Assembly (NCBI GenBank): GCA_017384945.1
Contig: JAFNSO010000027.1
Coordinates: 2,931 to 66,930, forward strand
DNA length: 64,000 nucleotides
From: Ruminococcus sp.
GTDB lineage: Bacteria > Bacillota > Clostridia > Oscillospirales > Acutalibacteraceae
Direction: 5' to 3'
The notes beneath the pieces are model-generated. The model was not told the DNA's origin and did no database searches. It worked only from the letters and a program-made list of their open reading frames with translations. The translations under genes and the position numbers were made by a program. Shown here piece after piece: positions 39,252 through 48,863 of the stretch; the stretch's first letter is position 1, and every line of letters begins with the position of its first letter.

Positions 39252-40088
39252 ATGGCAATAACTCTCAGCGACAGGGAGCTTCGCGGCTTGCAGCTCAAGG
39301 AGCTCGGACTTTTAAAATACTTTCGCGACTACTGCGACGAAAGAGGCATCACCTACTATCTGTGCGGGGGATGTCTTATCGGCGCGCTGAGATACAAAAA
39401 ATTCATCCCGTGGGACGACGACGCGGACGTTTTTATGCCGAGAGAGGACTACGAGCGGTTCATAAAGCTGTATCTCGAGGAAAACCCGAGCGAACGCTAC
39501 GTTCTTCTGAACGAAACGGACGAGACCTTCACCCGCAACTGCTTCGCGACCCTTGTGGACACGAGCGCTACGCTTATAAAAAACTATCAGGCGGATTTAA
39601 AAATCCCTCACGGGGTCGCGTTTGACATCTTCCCCGTCGACCCGAGGCCGTCGGGAATCAAGAAAAAGTTCCAGCTTTTCTGGTGCGTGATCTACTCGCT
39701 TTTCCGCGCTCAGACCGTCCCCGAAAAACACGGCGGAGTGCTCGCGCTCGGAAGCCGGGTTCTGCTCGGAATATTCAGAGGCTTTAAGCTCCGCAAAAAA
39801 ATCTGGAAATTCGCCGAAAGGCATATGACAAAATACAGGCTTGAGGACTGCGACTACATATGCGAGCTGTGCGCTGGACCTCGGATTATGAAAAACGAGT
39901 ACCCGAAGGAGCTCTTCGACTCCACCGCCGAGGTCGAGTTTGAGGGCGAGAGATTCAAGGTAATGCGCGGCTACAGGGAATACCTCGCGCTCGCGTTCGG
40001 CGAGGACTATATGACCCCGCCGCCCAAGGAGGAGCAGGTCGTGACCCACGACTTAAAGCTTCTCGATTTGGACAAGCCGTGCGTTTGA
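39252..40088 (+). CDS. LicD-family phosphotransferase
   Basis: GGCLIGALR..FIPWDDDAD, DIFP, YMTPPP. Confidence 0.92.
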   Translation: MAITLSDRELRGLQLKELGLLKYFRDYCDERGITYYLCGGCLIGALRYKKFIPWDDDADVFMPREDYERFIKLYLEENPSERYVLLNETDETFTRNCFATLVDTSATLIKNYQADLKIPHGVAFDIFPVDPRPSGIKKKFQLFWCVIYSLFRAQTVPEKHGGVLALGSRVLLGIFRGFKLRKKIWKFAERHMTKYRLEDCDYICELCAGPRIMKNEYPKELFDSTAEVEFEGERFKVMRGYREYLALAFGEDYMTPPPKEEQVVTHDLKLLDLDKPCV

Positions 40089-40126
40089 GTTTTTGCGATT
40101 AACAATTAAAGATTAACTATTAACAG

Positions 40127-40180
40127 TTATGGTCGGGCAGAAGGGTTCCTCTGATAGAGAACTTTTCTGCCCGACCATAA
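40127..40180. terminator. Long bidirectional hairpin between licD and folT, preceded by a TTAAnnn heptamer tract
   Basis: TTATGGTCGGGCAGAA...TTCTGCCCGACCATAA; heptamers at 40099-40126. Confidence 0.75.
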
Positions 40181-40182
40181 TT

Positions 40183-40746
40183 TTAATTCTTTATTCTGAT
40201 TCTTCCTACCGCTTTGCCGACAGCCAATATGACGAGCACCGTAGGAACGAACTTAATCGCCTCGCTGATCACTCTCGTCCATAGGTAAATCCAAAACGAG
40301 TTGCCCTGACCCGCGCCGTAAATGAAATACAGCCAGTAGCCCGACAAAAGCACCTCGACGAACACCGCGTTGATTGCCCAGGAAATAATAACGGTTTTAA
40401 CGGAAACATTATTCTTATAAAGAAAATACCCGAGTATCAGTCCCGTTATGATTCCGTTGAGCGTAAAGCCGGGAAAGTAGGTCCCGCCCGCGGGATTCAT
40501 AAAGAAGGCGAGAATGTCTCCGAGTCCGCCGATCAGCGCCGCGCCGACGGGTCCGAACATCGCCGCCGCGACCGCTATGGGCAGAAAATTGAGGCTGATT
40601 TTGACGAGGTTACCGAACATCGGCATTGTGGAATTCGCGAAAATCCCGAGGATTATCCTCAGCGCCAAAAGCATAGCCAGAGCCGTGAGCGAAAACAGGT
40701 TACTTAATTCTTTTGCAGAATTAAGCGTTTTTTCTTTTAATGTCAT
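40183..40746 (-). CDS. folT: Folate ECF transporter S component
   Basis: Multi-TM, FGP..G..DIL, YFPGFTL motif; lies below a THF riboswitch. Confidence 0.9.
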   Translation of the reverse strand: MTLKEKTLNSAKELSNLFSLTALAMLLALRIILGIFANSTMPMFGNLVKISLNFLPIAVAAAMFGPVGAALIGGLGDILAFFMNPAGGTYFPGFTLNGIITGLILGYFLYKNNVSVKTVIISWAINAVFVEVLLSGYWLYFIYGAGQGNSFWIYLWTRVISEAIKFVPTVLVILAVGKAVGRIRIKN

Positions 40747-40843
40747 AAGCGTCAATCCTTCCGTTGAACACTGCAACAATCAATTACATAATGCTTACAC
40801 AAAGAAAGCGTTTCTTTGCGTAGTGCGCAAATAAAAAGCAAAA

Positions 40844-40863
40844 GGGACCGCGCGCGCAGTCCC
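40844..40863 (-). terminator. THF riboswitch expression-platform terminator
   Basis: GGGACTGCGCGCGCGGTCCC followed by TTTTGCTTTTT on the minus strand. Confidence 0.8.
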
Positions 40864-40877
40864 TGAATATCAATGCT

Positions 40878-40974
40878 ACAGTGGGATGCGAAGCCCGCAC
40901 CGCAATCCGAAGATTTTCGTTCCCCTGACAACTCCCCGTTCAAAGGACACTTCACGCGCGAACCTCTACTCTGC
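40878..40974 (-). ncRNA. THF riboswitch
   Basis: GCAGAGTAG..GCGTGAAGTG..GGGAGTTG..ACGAAA..GCGG..GCATCCCACTG matches the THF aptamer layout; upstream of folT; TTGACA-16-TATAAT promoter at 40991-41018. Confidence 0.9.
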
Positions 40975-41021
40975 GAAATTTTACATTACCATTATAATAC
41001 TATATAGATATTTGTCAAGTC

Positions 41022-41687
41022 TTAAATGATTCCCGCGAAAATCAACAGCACAAGCAGCATTGTCGCGACCAAAAGCGCCGAAATAATCGCGATTATGATT
41101 GTGTTCGAGCGTTTGTACTCGGAGTCGTTCGTCTCACGCTCGGGTACAAGCCGTGATTTTCTCAGGGCTGTCACAGCTCCCTTGTAGAGCAGGAGCACAA
41201 GAGCGGCGTTCAGTCCCGCCTTGATCGCGTTGAACGGAATAAGGACGGGTACAAACATCCCGAGCACGGCTTCTCTCGGAACGCCCATAAAAATCGGCGT
41301 CATAATATAATTCCATAAAAGCATTATAGCTATCATCGAAAGCGAGCCCGCCACAAGTCCGACAATCGCGCGGGAAATAGTTTTTTTGCGGTAGTAAATC
41401 ACCGAGCTTACACCGACGAACATAGCCGACGCAAGGAAATTCATCAGAAGCCCGATTGGGCCTGTTGTGCTGATTGTGAGCATTTCCACCGTACAGGTTA
41501 TAAGCGACATCAGAAGTCCTATCAGCGGTCCGTAAATGAATGCCGATATTGTGAGAATAACGTCCTTCGGCTCATAGGTCAGAAAGCCCGAGATGTTGGG
41601 CAAGCGAAGGAACATATCCGCCGCGATAGCCAGCGCTGTGAGCATACCGACGGAGCAAATTGTTTTTACACGGTTTTGATTTGTCAT
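41022..41687 (-). CDS. ribU: Riboflavin ECF transporter S component (RibU-like)
   Basis: FLTYEPKD, GP..G, PFNAIK; lies below an FMN riboswitch. Confidence 0.82.
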   Translation of the reverse strand: MTNQNRVKTICSVGMLTALAIAADMFLRLPNISGFLTYEPKDVILTISAFIYGPLIGLLMSLITCTVEMLTISTTGPIGLLMNFLASAMFVGVSSVIYYRKKTISRAIVGLVAGSLSMIAIMLLWNYIMTPIFMGVPREAVLGMFVPVLIPFNAIKAGLNAALVLLLYKGAVTALRKSRLVPERETNDSEYKRSNTIIIAIISALLVATMLLVLLIFAGII

Positions 41688-41787
41688 AAAATGACCTCCT
41701 AAGAAATATTTTAGGAGCTGAAGTCGGGTATTTTTCCGAAAACGAAAAAACCGCCGCGAAACCGCGACGGAGCATTTTAAACGGAAA

Positions 41788-41900
<113 letters not shown>

Positions 41901-41912
41901 CTTCTTATTATA

Positions 41913-42833
41913 TTATACGCCGAACAGCTCAAATGTCAATAGCGAGAGGTTATTTTCACAATACTCGATCTCCTTGGAAAAGAGAACCACAGCTCTTTCA
42001 ACCGGCAATCCGAGCGACGCGATTGTACCGACCGCGAAGCAGGCGAGCGCGAACGGTCTGAAAACATCTCCGTCATACACGGCGCGCAGAAGATAGCGGT
42101 AGATGTAGTATGAAAAAATCCTCTTGTGCTCTTCGGTTAAGTATATTTCTTCTATAGAATTAATTTCTTTAAAAAGCTCTCTTCCCTCTTCTGTCAGGTA
42201 CTCGAAGCTGTCGAATATTTCGGTACCGAAGGTGAAGTCCGTGTCCCCTTTGAATTCGGGGTATTCAAAGCTCTTGTTCGCGGCGTTTTCGCAAGCCTCA
42301 ACGCCAAAGCGGAGCATTTCACCGAGCGACAGCTTTTCGTCGAGACGCTTAAAAACAAGCTCTCTTATCCCTTTCAGGTACAAAAACAAATCGGCGTCGA
42401 GCTCGTTTAAATCAGGGTCTCGGTCATCAGACTCACTCTCAAAAACGAGGTCGTTTTTCAAAATCAAACCGCACGCCTCGGGACACGCGAGGGAAAGCCC
42501 CCATTCCGCGCTTCCCCCGAAGGAGGTCGAAAACCGCGGGAATTTCCTGCAGGTCTGACACAGCGCGCTTTCTCCGAGCTCTGTATAAATATCACAGAGC
42601 TTGGTCTCATTCAGGAACGGACAGCGTTTGCTTATATTCACAAAGCAAATGTCACCATCCGAATCCCTTGTCATTGAGGCTCTCAGCCTGTCGCCGAACG
42701 GAGTTTTAATTCTATTATAGAACTTTGCGCTTTTTTCGTCGACGACAATTTCCCACTTCGCGCAGCAGGTGTCGGGACAACGGTCGGCGACGCATTTAAA
42801 ATCCTTGTAAAACGAGGGATAGTAATTAATCAT
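41913..42833 (-). CDS. FliB-family (flagellin lysine N-methylase-like) Cys-rich protein
   Basis: FKC.ADRCPDTCC..W.I, CPFL..LC.I, CQTCRKFPR, SLACPE, EIEY. Confidence 0.8.
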   Translation of the reverse strand: MINYYPSFYKDFKCVADRCPDTCCAKWEIVVDEKSAKFYNRIKTPFGDRLRASMTRDSDGDICFVNISKRCPFLNETKLCDIYTELGESALCQTCRKFPRFSTSFGGSAEWGLSLACPEACGLILKNDLVFESESDDRDPDLNELDADLFLYLKGIRELVFKRLDEKLSLGEMLRFGVEACENAANKSFEYPEFKGDTDFTFGTEIFDSFEYLTEEGRELFKEINSIEEIYLTEEHKRIFSYYIYRYLLRAVYDGDVFRPFALACFAVGTIASLGLPVERAVVLFSKEIEYCENNLSLLTFELFGV

Positions 42834-43686
42834 TTTTCTTCTTATCCTTGAAAACGAAATCACAGATCGGTCGGCGATAGATGTAGTTGAACTGTACACC
42901 GCACAGGAAAATATACATCATAAAATAAATCCAGATCATAACGATCACAACCGTACCGAGACTTCCGTAAATCGAGGAGGTTCCGAAGATCCTCGTGTAA
43001 ATCACGACCCCCTGCGAGAACAAAAGCCACGCAAGCGACACAGGCGCCATTCCCGGGAGGAGCGCGCGGAATCCCGCGAACCGCTTATCCTCAACCTTCT
43101 TGCGTAAAAACAGCTTCAAGGCGAGCGTCAGAACGATCGTAACCAAAACAAATACTACCGAATAAGTCAGGATGTATATTATCACCGAGGAACACGGCAG
43201 GCTCTCGATAAACGGTCTGATATAGTCGTCGAGAAAGCCCCAGACGAGCGTTCCGACAGCCAAAAGGAAAATCACCAGAAACAGCGCGAGCGTGTAGCCC
43301 ATAGCGATTATCCGCTTGATCACCCAGAAATGTCTGTCGGGCAGGCGGTAGATCCGCCTTATGCCGTCGGTAACGGAGTACATAGCCTTTCCCGCCGACC
43401 ACAGCGCGACTATAACAGTCGAGACCGCAACGCCCGCCGAACGCTCGATCGTGTCGGAAATAAGCCTTTGCAGCCAGCTCAGGCCCGTCTTTGTCAGGCT
43501 CGAATTGAGCGCCTCATCGTACATATTCTTGTCGCCGAAAATAATCGCCAAAAGCGCGAAAATAAACATAAGAAACGGAACAAAGGACAGAATTATATAA
43601 AACGCCGACTGACCCGACAGCGCGGAGATATTGTCGCGTTTGTTTTTGTTAAGAAAATGCTTGATGTGACCGATCAGCTTAATCAT
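42826..43686 (-). CDS. YihY/BrkB-family membrane protein
   Basis: AFYIILSFVP, LWSA, IYGSLG..MIWIY. Confidence 0.88.
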   Translation of the reverse strand: MIKLIGHIKHFLNKNKRDNISALSGQSAFYIILSFVPFLMFIFALLAIIFGDKNMYDEALNSSLTKTGLSWLQRLISDTIERSAGVAVSTVIVALWSAGKAMYSVTDGIRRIYRLPDRHFWVIKRIIAMGYTLALFLVIFLLAVGTLVWGFLDDYIRPFIESLPCSSVIIYILTYSVVFVLVTIVLTLALKLFLRKKVEDKRFAGFRALLPGMAPVSLAWLLFSQGVVIYTRIFGTSSIYGSLGTVVIVMIWIYFMMYIFLCGVQFNYIYRRPICDFVFKDKKKND

Positions 43687-43710
43687 AAAATCATCTTTTC
43701 GACGCGGGAT

Positions 43711-44469
43711 TTACTGCGATAGCTTATTGAGGAAGGCTCTGACGCGGTCGTTTTTCGGGTTGTCGATTACGTCCTCGGGTCTGCCCTGCTCAACGATGTA
43801 GCCCTCGTCCATAAATATCACGCGGTCTGAAACGCCCCTCGCGAAGTCAATCTCGTGGGTTACGATTACCATTGTCATCCTCTTGCTCGCGAGGTCTCTT
43901 AATACCTTCAAAATCTCGCCCGTAAGCTCGGGGTCGAGCGCCGAGGTGGGCTCGTCAAAGAATAGGATTTTCGGATTCATCGCGAGAGCGCGCGCAATCG
44001 CGACACGCTGCTGCTGTCCGCCCGAAAGCTGACAGGGATAGTAGTCGAGCTTATCGCCGATTCCCATTTGCTCGAGCAAAGCCTTCGCTTCCTCCTCGAC
44101 CTCTCCCTTCTCACGCTTCTGAGTGTGGATCGGCGCATCAATAACGTTTTTGAGCACGGTGTAGTGCGGAAAAAGGTTAAAATTCTGGAAAACAAGACCG
44201 AAGTAGTTGATAATTCGCTTCAAATCCTGCTTCGACGCGTAGACCGAGCGGCCGTTGACCTCGGTGACCGCGTCCTCGCCGCAGTACTTCATCGTACCCG
44301 CGTCCATTGTCTCAAGCAGAGTAGCGCAGCGCAGGAGAGTCGACTTTCCGCTTCCCGAGGGTCCGAGGATTGATACGACCTCGCCCTCCTCAACGGAGAT
44401 AGATATGTCCTTCAAGACCTCGAGGTCGTCAAAGGATTTTTTGATATTGTTTATTTCGAGTAATTTCAA
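43711..44469 (-). CDS. Polar amino acid ABC transporter ATPase
   Basis: GPSGSGKS, FQNFNLFPH, LSGGQQQR, DEPTSALD. Confidence 0.95.
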   Translation of the reverse strand: MKLLEINNIKKSFDDLEVLKDISISVEEGEVVSILGPSGSGKSTLLRCATLLETMDAGTMKYCGEDAVTEVNGRSVYASKQDLKRIINYFGLVFQNFNLFPHYTVLKNVIDAPIHTQKREKGEVEEEAKALLEQMGIGDKLDYYPCQLSGGQQQRVAIARALAMNPKILFFDEPTSALDPELTGEILKVLRDLASKRMTMVIVTHEIDFARGVSDRVIFMDEGYIVEQGRPEDVIDNPKNDRVRAFLNKLSQ

Positions 44470-44481
44470 CGCGCTGCCTCC

Positions 44482-45243
44482 TTAGCTGTAGTAGTTCATT
44501 TTCTTCTCGAGAAGTCCCATAGCGTAGGATACAACGAGGTTGAAAATGTAATAGAACAAGCCCGCGACGAACAGCGGCATAATGGTGCTTTCGGTGGCGG
44601 AAATCTGCTTCGCGAGCGTGAACATCTCGACAAAGGCGATCGCGAACGCGAGTGAGGTATCCTTTACCAGCGTTATTACCTCGTTTGTGACAGGAGGTAA
44701 AATATGGCGCACCATCTGCGGGAAAACGATTTTCATAAAGGTCTGAGCCTTCGTGTAGCCGAGAACATGAGCCGCCTCGTACTGACCCTTGGGCACAGCC
44801 TCGATTCCCGAGCGGTAAATTTCCGCGAAATAGGCGGCGTAGTTTAGCGCAAAGCCGATTATCGCGGCGTAAAAACGGTACTCGGTGCTGAGCGCGACTT
44901 TGAACACAAAATAGGGTCCAAAGTACACGACGAGCAGTTGAAGCATAAGCGGAGTTCCGCGCATGATCGAGATGTAGAATTTCGCGATCAGCTCAACGAC
45001 CTTGAATCTCGAGCGTCTCGCGAAGCAAACGAGAAGACCGAGCGGCATTGAGAAGAGAAGCGTCAGCACAAATAGCACGAGCGACGCCCACATACCCTCG
45101 GAGAGCTGGAGTATTACGCCGAAAAACCACCCGAGCCCGCTTTTGTCGTCGAGCGAGCATGAGGTGAGCAGCGACGGCACCAAAAGCGCCGCCATAACCG
45201 CGACGGCTATTATACCTTTAGTATTTGAAATATGTTTTTTCAT
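44482..45243 (-). CDS. Polar amino acid ABC transporter permease
   Basis: RGTPLMLQL, AYFAEIYRSG, KDTSL. Confidence 0.95.
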   Translation of the reverse strand: MKKHISNTKGIIAVAVMAALLVPSLLTSCSLDDKSGLGWFFGVILQLSEGMWASLVLFVLTLLFSMPLGLLVCFARRSRFKVVELIAKFYISIMRGTPLMLQLLVVYFGPYFVFKVALSTEYRFYAAIIGFALNYAAYFAEIYRSGIEAVPKGQYEAAHVLGYTKAQTFMKIVFPQMVRHILPPVTNEVITLVKDTSLAFAIAFVEMFTLAKQISATESTIMPLFVAGLFYYIFNLVVSYAMGLLEKKMNYYS

Positions 45244-45302
45244 TATGTCACCTGTATAACGGAAATGCCGCCTCGGTGAGACGGCATTAATCGTCTATTT
45301 AA

Positions 45303-46133
45303 TTATTTTCCTAAGCAGAGAGCGTCCTCGAGCTTGTATTCCTTGGCAATCTTCTCTACAGTACCGTCCTTGGACATCTCAAGAAGTGTCTTTTCGACCT
45401 TGTCCTTGAGCTCGGTGTTGCCCTTCTTGAAGCCGATACCGTACTGCTCGGAGGAAATCTGGTCGTCAAGGAGTCTGAACTTATCCTTGGAAGCCTCAAC
45501 CTTGTAGTTGGCTACGCCGATATCCATGCAAACCGCGTCAACAGCGCCTGACTCAAGGTTAAGGAGAGCTGTCTCGTAGTTGGGGATCTGCTGGAGCTCC
45601 TTGAAGGAAGCCGCGAGCTTCTTGTTCTCCTTTGTGGCGTCGTCGCCTGTGAGAGCCGCGAGAGCGGAGGAATCGCTCTGAACAGCTACTGTCTTGCCCT
45701 TTAAGTCGGCGAGAGACTTGATGTCTGAGCTCTTGCCTACTACAACGACCTGAGAGTTGTCGATGTAAGGAACAGACCATGTGTAGTCATCCTCACGACC
45801 GTTGATTGTGAAGCCGTTCCAGATGCAGTCGATCGTACCCGAGTTGAGCTCCATATCCTTTGAATCCCAGTCGATGGGCTGCTTTTTGAGCTCCCAGTTG
45901 TTGCGCTTGCAAACCTCGGCGGCGAGGTCAAGGTCAAAGCCCTTGTATTCGCCTGTTTTCTCGTCCTTGTAGCCGTATGGCGGGAACTCGGCGTCAAAGC
46001 CTACAGTGAGAGTAGTTGTCGCCGTGTCAGCCTTTGAGCCCGACTTATCCGAGGAGCCGCAGCCTGAAAATACAAACGGTACCGCCGTAATGATCATAGC
46101 GACGGCAAGTAATAAAGCTAATGTTTTTTTCAT
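45303..46133 (-). CDS. Amino acid ABC transporter substrate-binding lipoprotein
   Basis: FSGC lipobox; FPPYG, GFD.DLA, WNG. Confidence 0.93.
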   Translation of the reverse strand: MKKTLALLLAVAMIITAVPFVFSGCGSSDKSGSKADTATTTLTVGFDAEFPPYGYKDEKTGEYKGFDLDLAAEVCKRNNWELKKQPIDWDSKDMELNSGTIDCIWNGFTINGREDDYTWSVPYIDNSQVVVVGKSSDIKSLADLKGKTVAVQSDSSALAALTGDDATKENKKLAASFKELQQIPNYETALLNLESGAVDAVCMDIGVANYKVEASKDKFRLLDDQISSEQYGIGFKKGNTELKDKVEKTLLEMSKDGTVEKIAKEYKLEDALCLGK

Positions 46134-46168
46134 TGTAATTCACCTCATAATAGTATTAAAACAAGGCT

Positions 46169-46197
46169 ATTTTAGCATAGCACCGCGCTAAAGTCAA
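46169..46197 (-). promoter_or_regulatory. Promoter of the amino acid ABC operon with an overlapping palindromic site
   Basis: TTGACT-17-TAAAAT with extended -10 TG; TTTAGC...GCTAAA inverted repeat across the spacer. Confidence 0.65.
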
Positions 46198-46228
46198 GGC
46201 TTTTTTACCCAATGCGCCTACTGTTTCT

Positions 46229-47938
46229 CTAAACAAGCACGCTGTTCATATTGACCTTTGCCTCGTCGCTTATGAGAATCTCTCCGTCTGCGGTCTCGGC
46301 GAAGGTGTAAAAGTAAACGTCGCCGTACTTTTTCGCGTTTTCAAGCGACGAGTAGGGCTCGTAAATAAACTGGTACTGACCCGAAATATTAGCCTTTGAG
46401 ACCTTGGAGTTATGCACAGCGACATTGTCGGAAACGGAGGTTCCGTTTTCGACCGCAGCTATTGCCGCCTTTAGCTCGTCTTTGGTCTTGGCGCTGAGCG
46501 CGAAGGCTGTTCCCATTCTCTTGAAGGAGCCGACGTCGGCTGTCGCGAGAAGCTGAACCGTCACTCTTTCGTCGTCAAGCTGATAGCTGTTGAAGTCGAT
46601 TGAAACTATATCCTCCTTAGGTGTCGAAGCGCTTTCACTGCTCGTAAACACAGAGTCGTTTGTCACATAGAACGAGTACGAGGTTCCGCGGGCTACGGCT
46701 CTGCCGTTTGTTACAAAGTAACAGTCCGTATCGCTTGTGAGCGTAGCTACGTCCTTGTAGCGGTACCGCGTCGTCTGAGAGTTGAACTCGACTGTGTAGT
46801 ACTTAGGCTCGTCGTTTATCGTAACCTCGATTGTGTCGCCCGAGAGAGCCGTATTCCCTATTGAATACGTCACATACGGGCTTTTCAGCATCGGGTAATA
46901 CTCCTCCGCTATTTCCTTTACGCTCGACTTAAAGGTCGTAATCTTCTTCGAACGCGATGCGGGTGCGGATTCGTCGGCGGAGGTATAATGATTGTAATTA
47001 TAAACAATGGTGTAATCGCGTCTGAGCTTATTTTGCAAAAGAGTCACGTCGTTTACGTCAAATCGGCAGTCGCCGTTCATATCGCAGTTCTGGGAATTGA
47101 AATCGACGTCCTCGTTATTTAGCTCGCTTTGCATAACGCTTATATCCCTGTCATTGACAGCTCCGTCAAAGTTAACGTCGCCCAAAAGACTTTCGGGCAT
47201 TGAAGAAACCGTCTCAAAGGGGATCGAGTTGGTCTCGCAGTAGGACTGAGCAACGCTTCCCTCGGTCGTGTAAACCTTGACATTCGGGGAATTGTCAAAC
47301 ACATTCGCGCCTATCGTCGTAACCGAGTCGGGAATGTAAATCTTTTTAAGAGAGGAATTCTTCGCAAAGCAGCCCGAGTCGATTTTTACGACTCCGTCGG
47401 GAATAACTACCGTCCTAAGCGCTGTAGCCGAAAACGCCGAGCTTCCGAGGTTTTTCAGAGTAGACGGAAATGAAACGCGCCTCAAGGCTGAGTCATTGTC
47501 GTAGCAGTTGTTCTCAATGTCCGTCAGAGAGGTTCCGAAAAGCAGAGCGTCGCTAAGCTTTTTGTCATAAGCAAAGGCGTATTTTTCAAAATACGTAAAG
47601 CTCTTTGAATAGTAAACGGTTTCAAGATTCGCGCAGCCTCTTACCGCCCACTGTCTTATGTTCGTCATCTGATCGTGAAAAACGAGGCTTGTCATAGTCG
47701 AATTGTTGGCAAACGCCTTCTTGTCCACGCGCTTGACGAGCTTTGAGTAGAGGTATTCGGGAACCGTAACCTCTGAGTCGGTGCCCCTGTATTTATAGAC
47801 CGAGTATGTATCGTCGTAATCGGTCTCGAAATCAAAGTCAGGGTACTCGTCGGGAGAAAAATAAGCCTGAGCCGCGTATGAAGCGGACAAAGCCATAATT
47901 GCCGCAATTATAAAAGAAATTATTTTTTTCAAAATCAT
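46229..47938 (-). CDS. Secreted BspA-type LRR protein with an internal dockerin and an unknown C-terminal domain
   Basis: Signal peptide; IPDGVVKI and IPDSVTTIG LRRs; GDVNFDGAVNDRD...DMNGDCRFDVNDVTLLQ dockerin. Confidence 0.82.
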   Translation of the reverse strand: MILKKIISFIIAAIMALSASYAAQAYFSPDEYPDFDFETDYDDTYSVYKYRGTDSEVTVPEYLYSKLVKRVDKKAFANNSTMTSLVFHDQMTNIRQWAVRGCANLETVYYSKSFTYFEKYAFAYDKKLSDALLFGTSLTDIENNCYDNDSALRRVSFPSTLKNLGSSAFSATALRTVVIPDGVVKIDSGCFAKNSSLKKIYIPDSVTTIGANVFDNSPNVKVYTTEGSVAQSYCETNSIPFETVSSMPESLLGDVNFDGAVNDRDISVMQSELNNEDVDFNSQNCDMNGDCRFDVNDVTLLQNKLRRDYTIVYNYNHYTSADESAPASRSKKITTFKSSVKEIAEEYYPMLKSPYVTYSIGNTALSGDTIEVTINDEPKYYTVEFNSQTTRYRYKDVATLTSDTDCYFVTNGRAVARGTSYSFYVTNDSVFTSSESASTPKEDIVSIDFNSYQLDDERVTVQLLATADVGSFKRMGTAFALSAKTKDELKAAIAAVENGTSVSDNVAVHNSKVSKANISGQYQFIYEPYSSLENAKKYGDVYFYTFAETADGEILISDEAKVNMNSVLV

Positions 47939-48049
47939 CACCTTCTTTCTAATGATATTAACATAAAAGCATAGTTTTTTCAACAAAAAGTTGCGGTCGG
48001 GGTCATAATTTGGTATTATATTTATATCAAATTTGAAAAGAGACTGTTT

Positions 48050-48841
48050 ATGCTTCCATCCTTTTACATAGGCTCGCTGAGCATCAGCACATACGGGCTG
48101 TGCGTATCCTTCGGGCTGATCATTATGGCGCTTACGGCGTTTCTGCTCGGCAGAAGATACGGGATTTTGCTCGAGGACATAGTTTTCGGTGAGCTCACGG
48201 CGCTTTCAGGGGCGTTTATCGGAGCGCATATTTTTTTCGCGCTCACAAATATCGACAAGCTCTCAAACGGGATTTATATTTTTATAAAAGAAAAAAGAGA
48301 TTTTTCCTTTCTGCTCGACCTCATAACCGTCTACGCGGGCGGAATGGTTTTTTACGGCGGTCTGCTCGGCGGGCTTTTGTTCGGAATAATCTACTGCAAA
48401 ATCCGCAAAATAAACCTCGGGATGTACAGCGACTGCTTTGCCGCGGCGATTCCGCTTTTTCACGCCTTCGGCAGAGTCGGCTGCTTTCTGAGCGGCTGTT
48501 GCTACGGAATCGAGAGCGAATTCGGCTTCACCGCGCACAGCGCGATCGTAGACTCCTGCAACCACGTAAACCGCTTCCCCGTTCAGCTTTTGGAGAGTGC
48601 TTTGAACCTCATAATCTTTGCGGTTCTGCTGTATTTATTCCGAAAAAGAATTATGGAAGGCAGATTGATTGCCCTATACCTCATAATGTACGCTGTAGTT
48701 CGTTTTTTCGACGAGTTTCTCAGGGGCGACGAATACAGGGGAATTTACTTTTTCCTCTCGACAAGCCAGTGGCTCAGCCTTATAATTTTTATATGCGCGG
48801 TTATAATTCTTATTAAGAATAAAAAACAACGTGTAAAATGA
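48050..48841 (+). CDS. lgt: Prolipoprotein diacylglyceryl transferase family protein
   Basis: GGMVFYGG, GRVGCF..GCCYG, PVQLLE, RF..EFLR. Confidence 0.82.
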   Translation: MLPSFYIGSLSISTYGLCVSFGLIIMALTAFLLGRRYGILLEDIVFGELTALSGAFIGAHIFFALTNIDKLSNGIYIFIKEKRDFSFLLDLITVYAGGMVFYGGLLGGLLFGIIYCKIRKINLGMYSDCFAAAIPLFHAFGRVGCFLSGCCYGIESEFGFTAHSAIVDSCNHVNRFPVQLLESALNLIIFAVLLYLFRKRIMEGRLIALYLIMYAVVRFFDEFLRGDEYRGIYFFLSTSQWLSLIIFICAVIILIKNKKQRVK

Positions 48842-48863
48842 TATTATAGAAGTTGGTGATATT

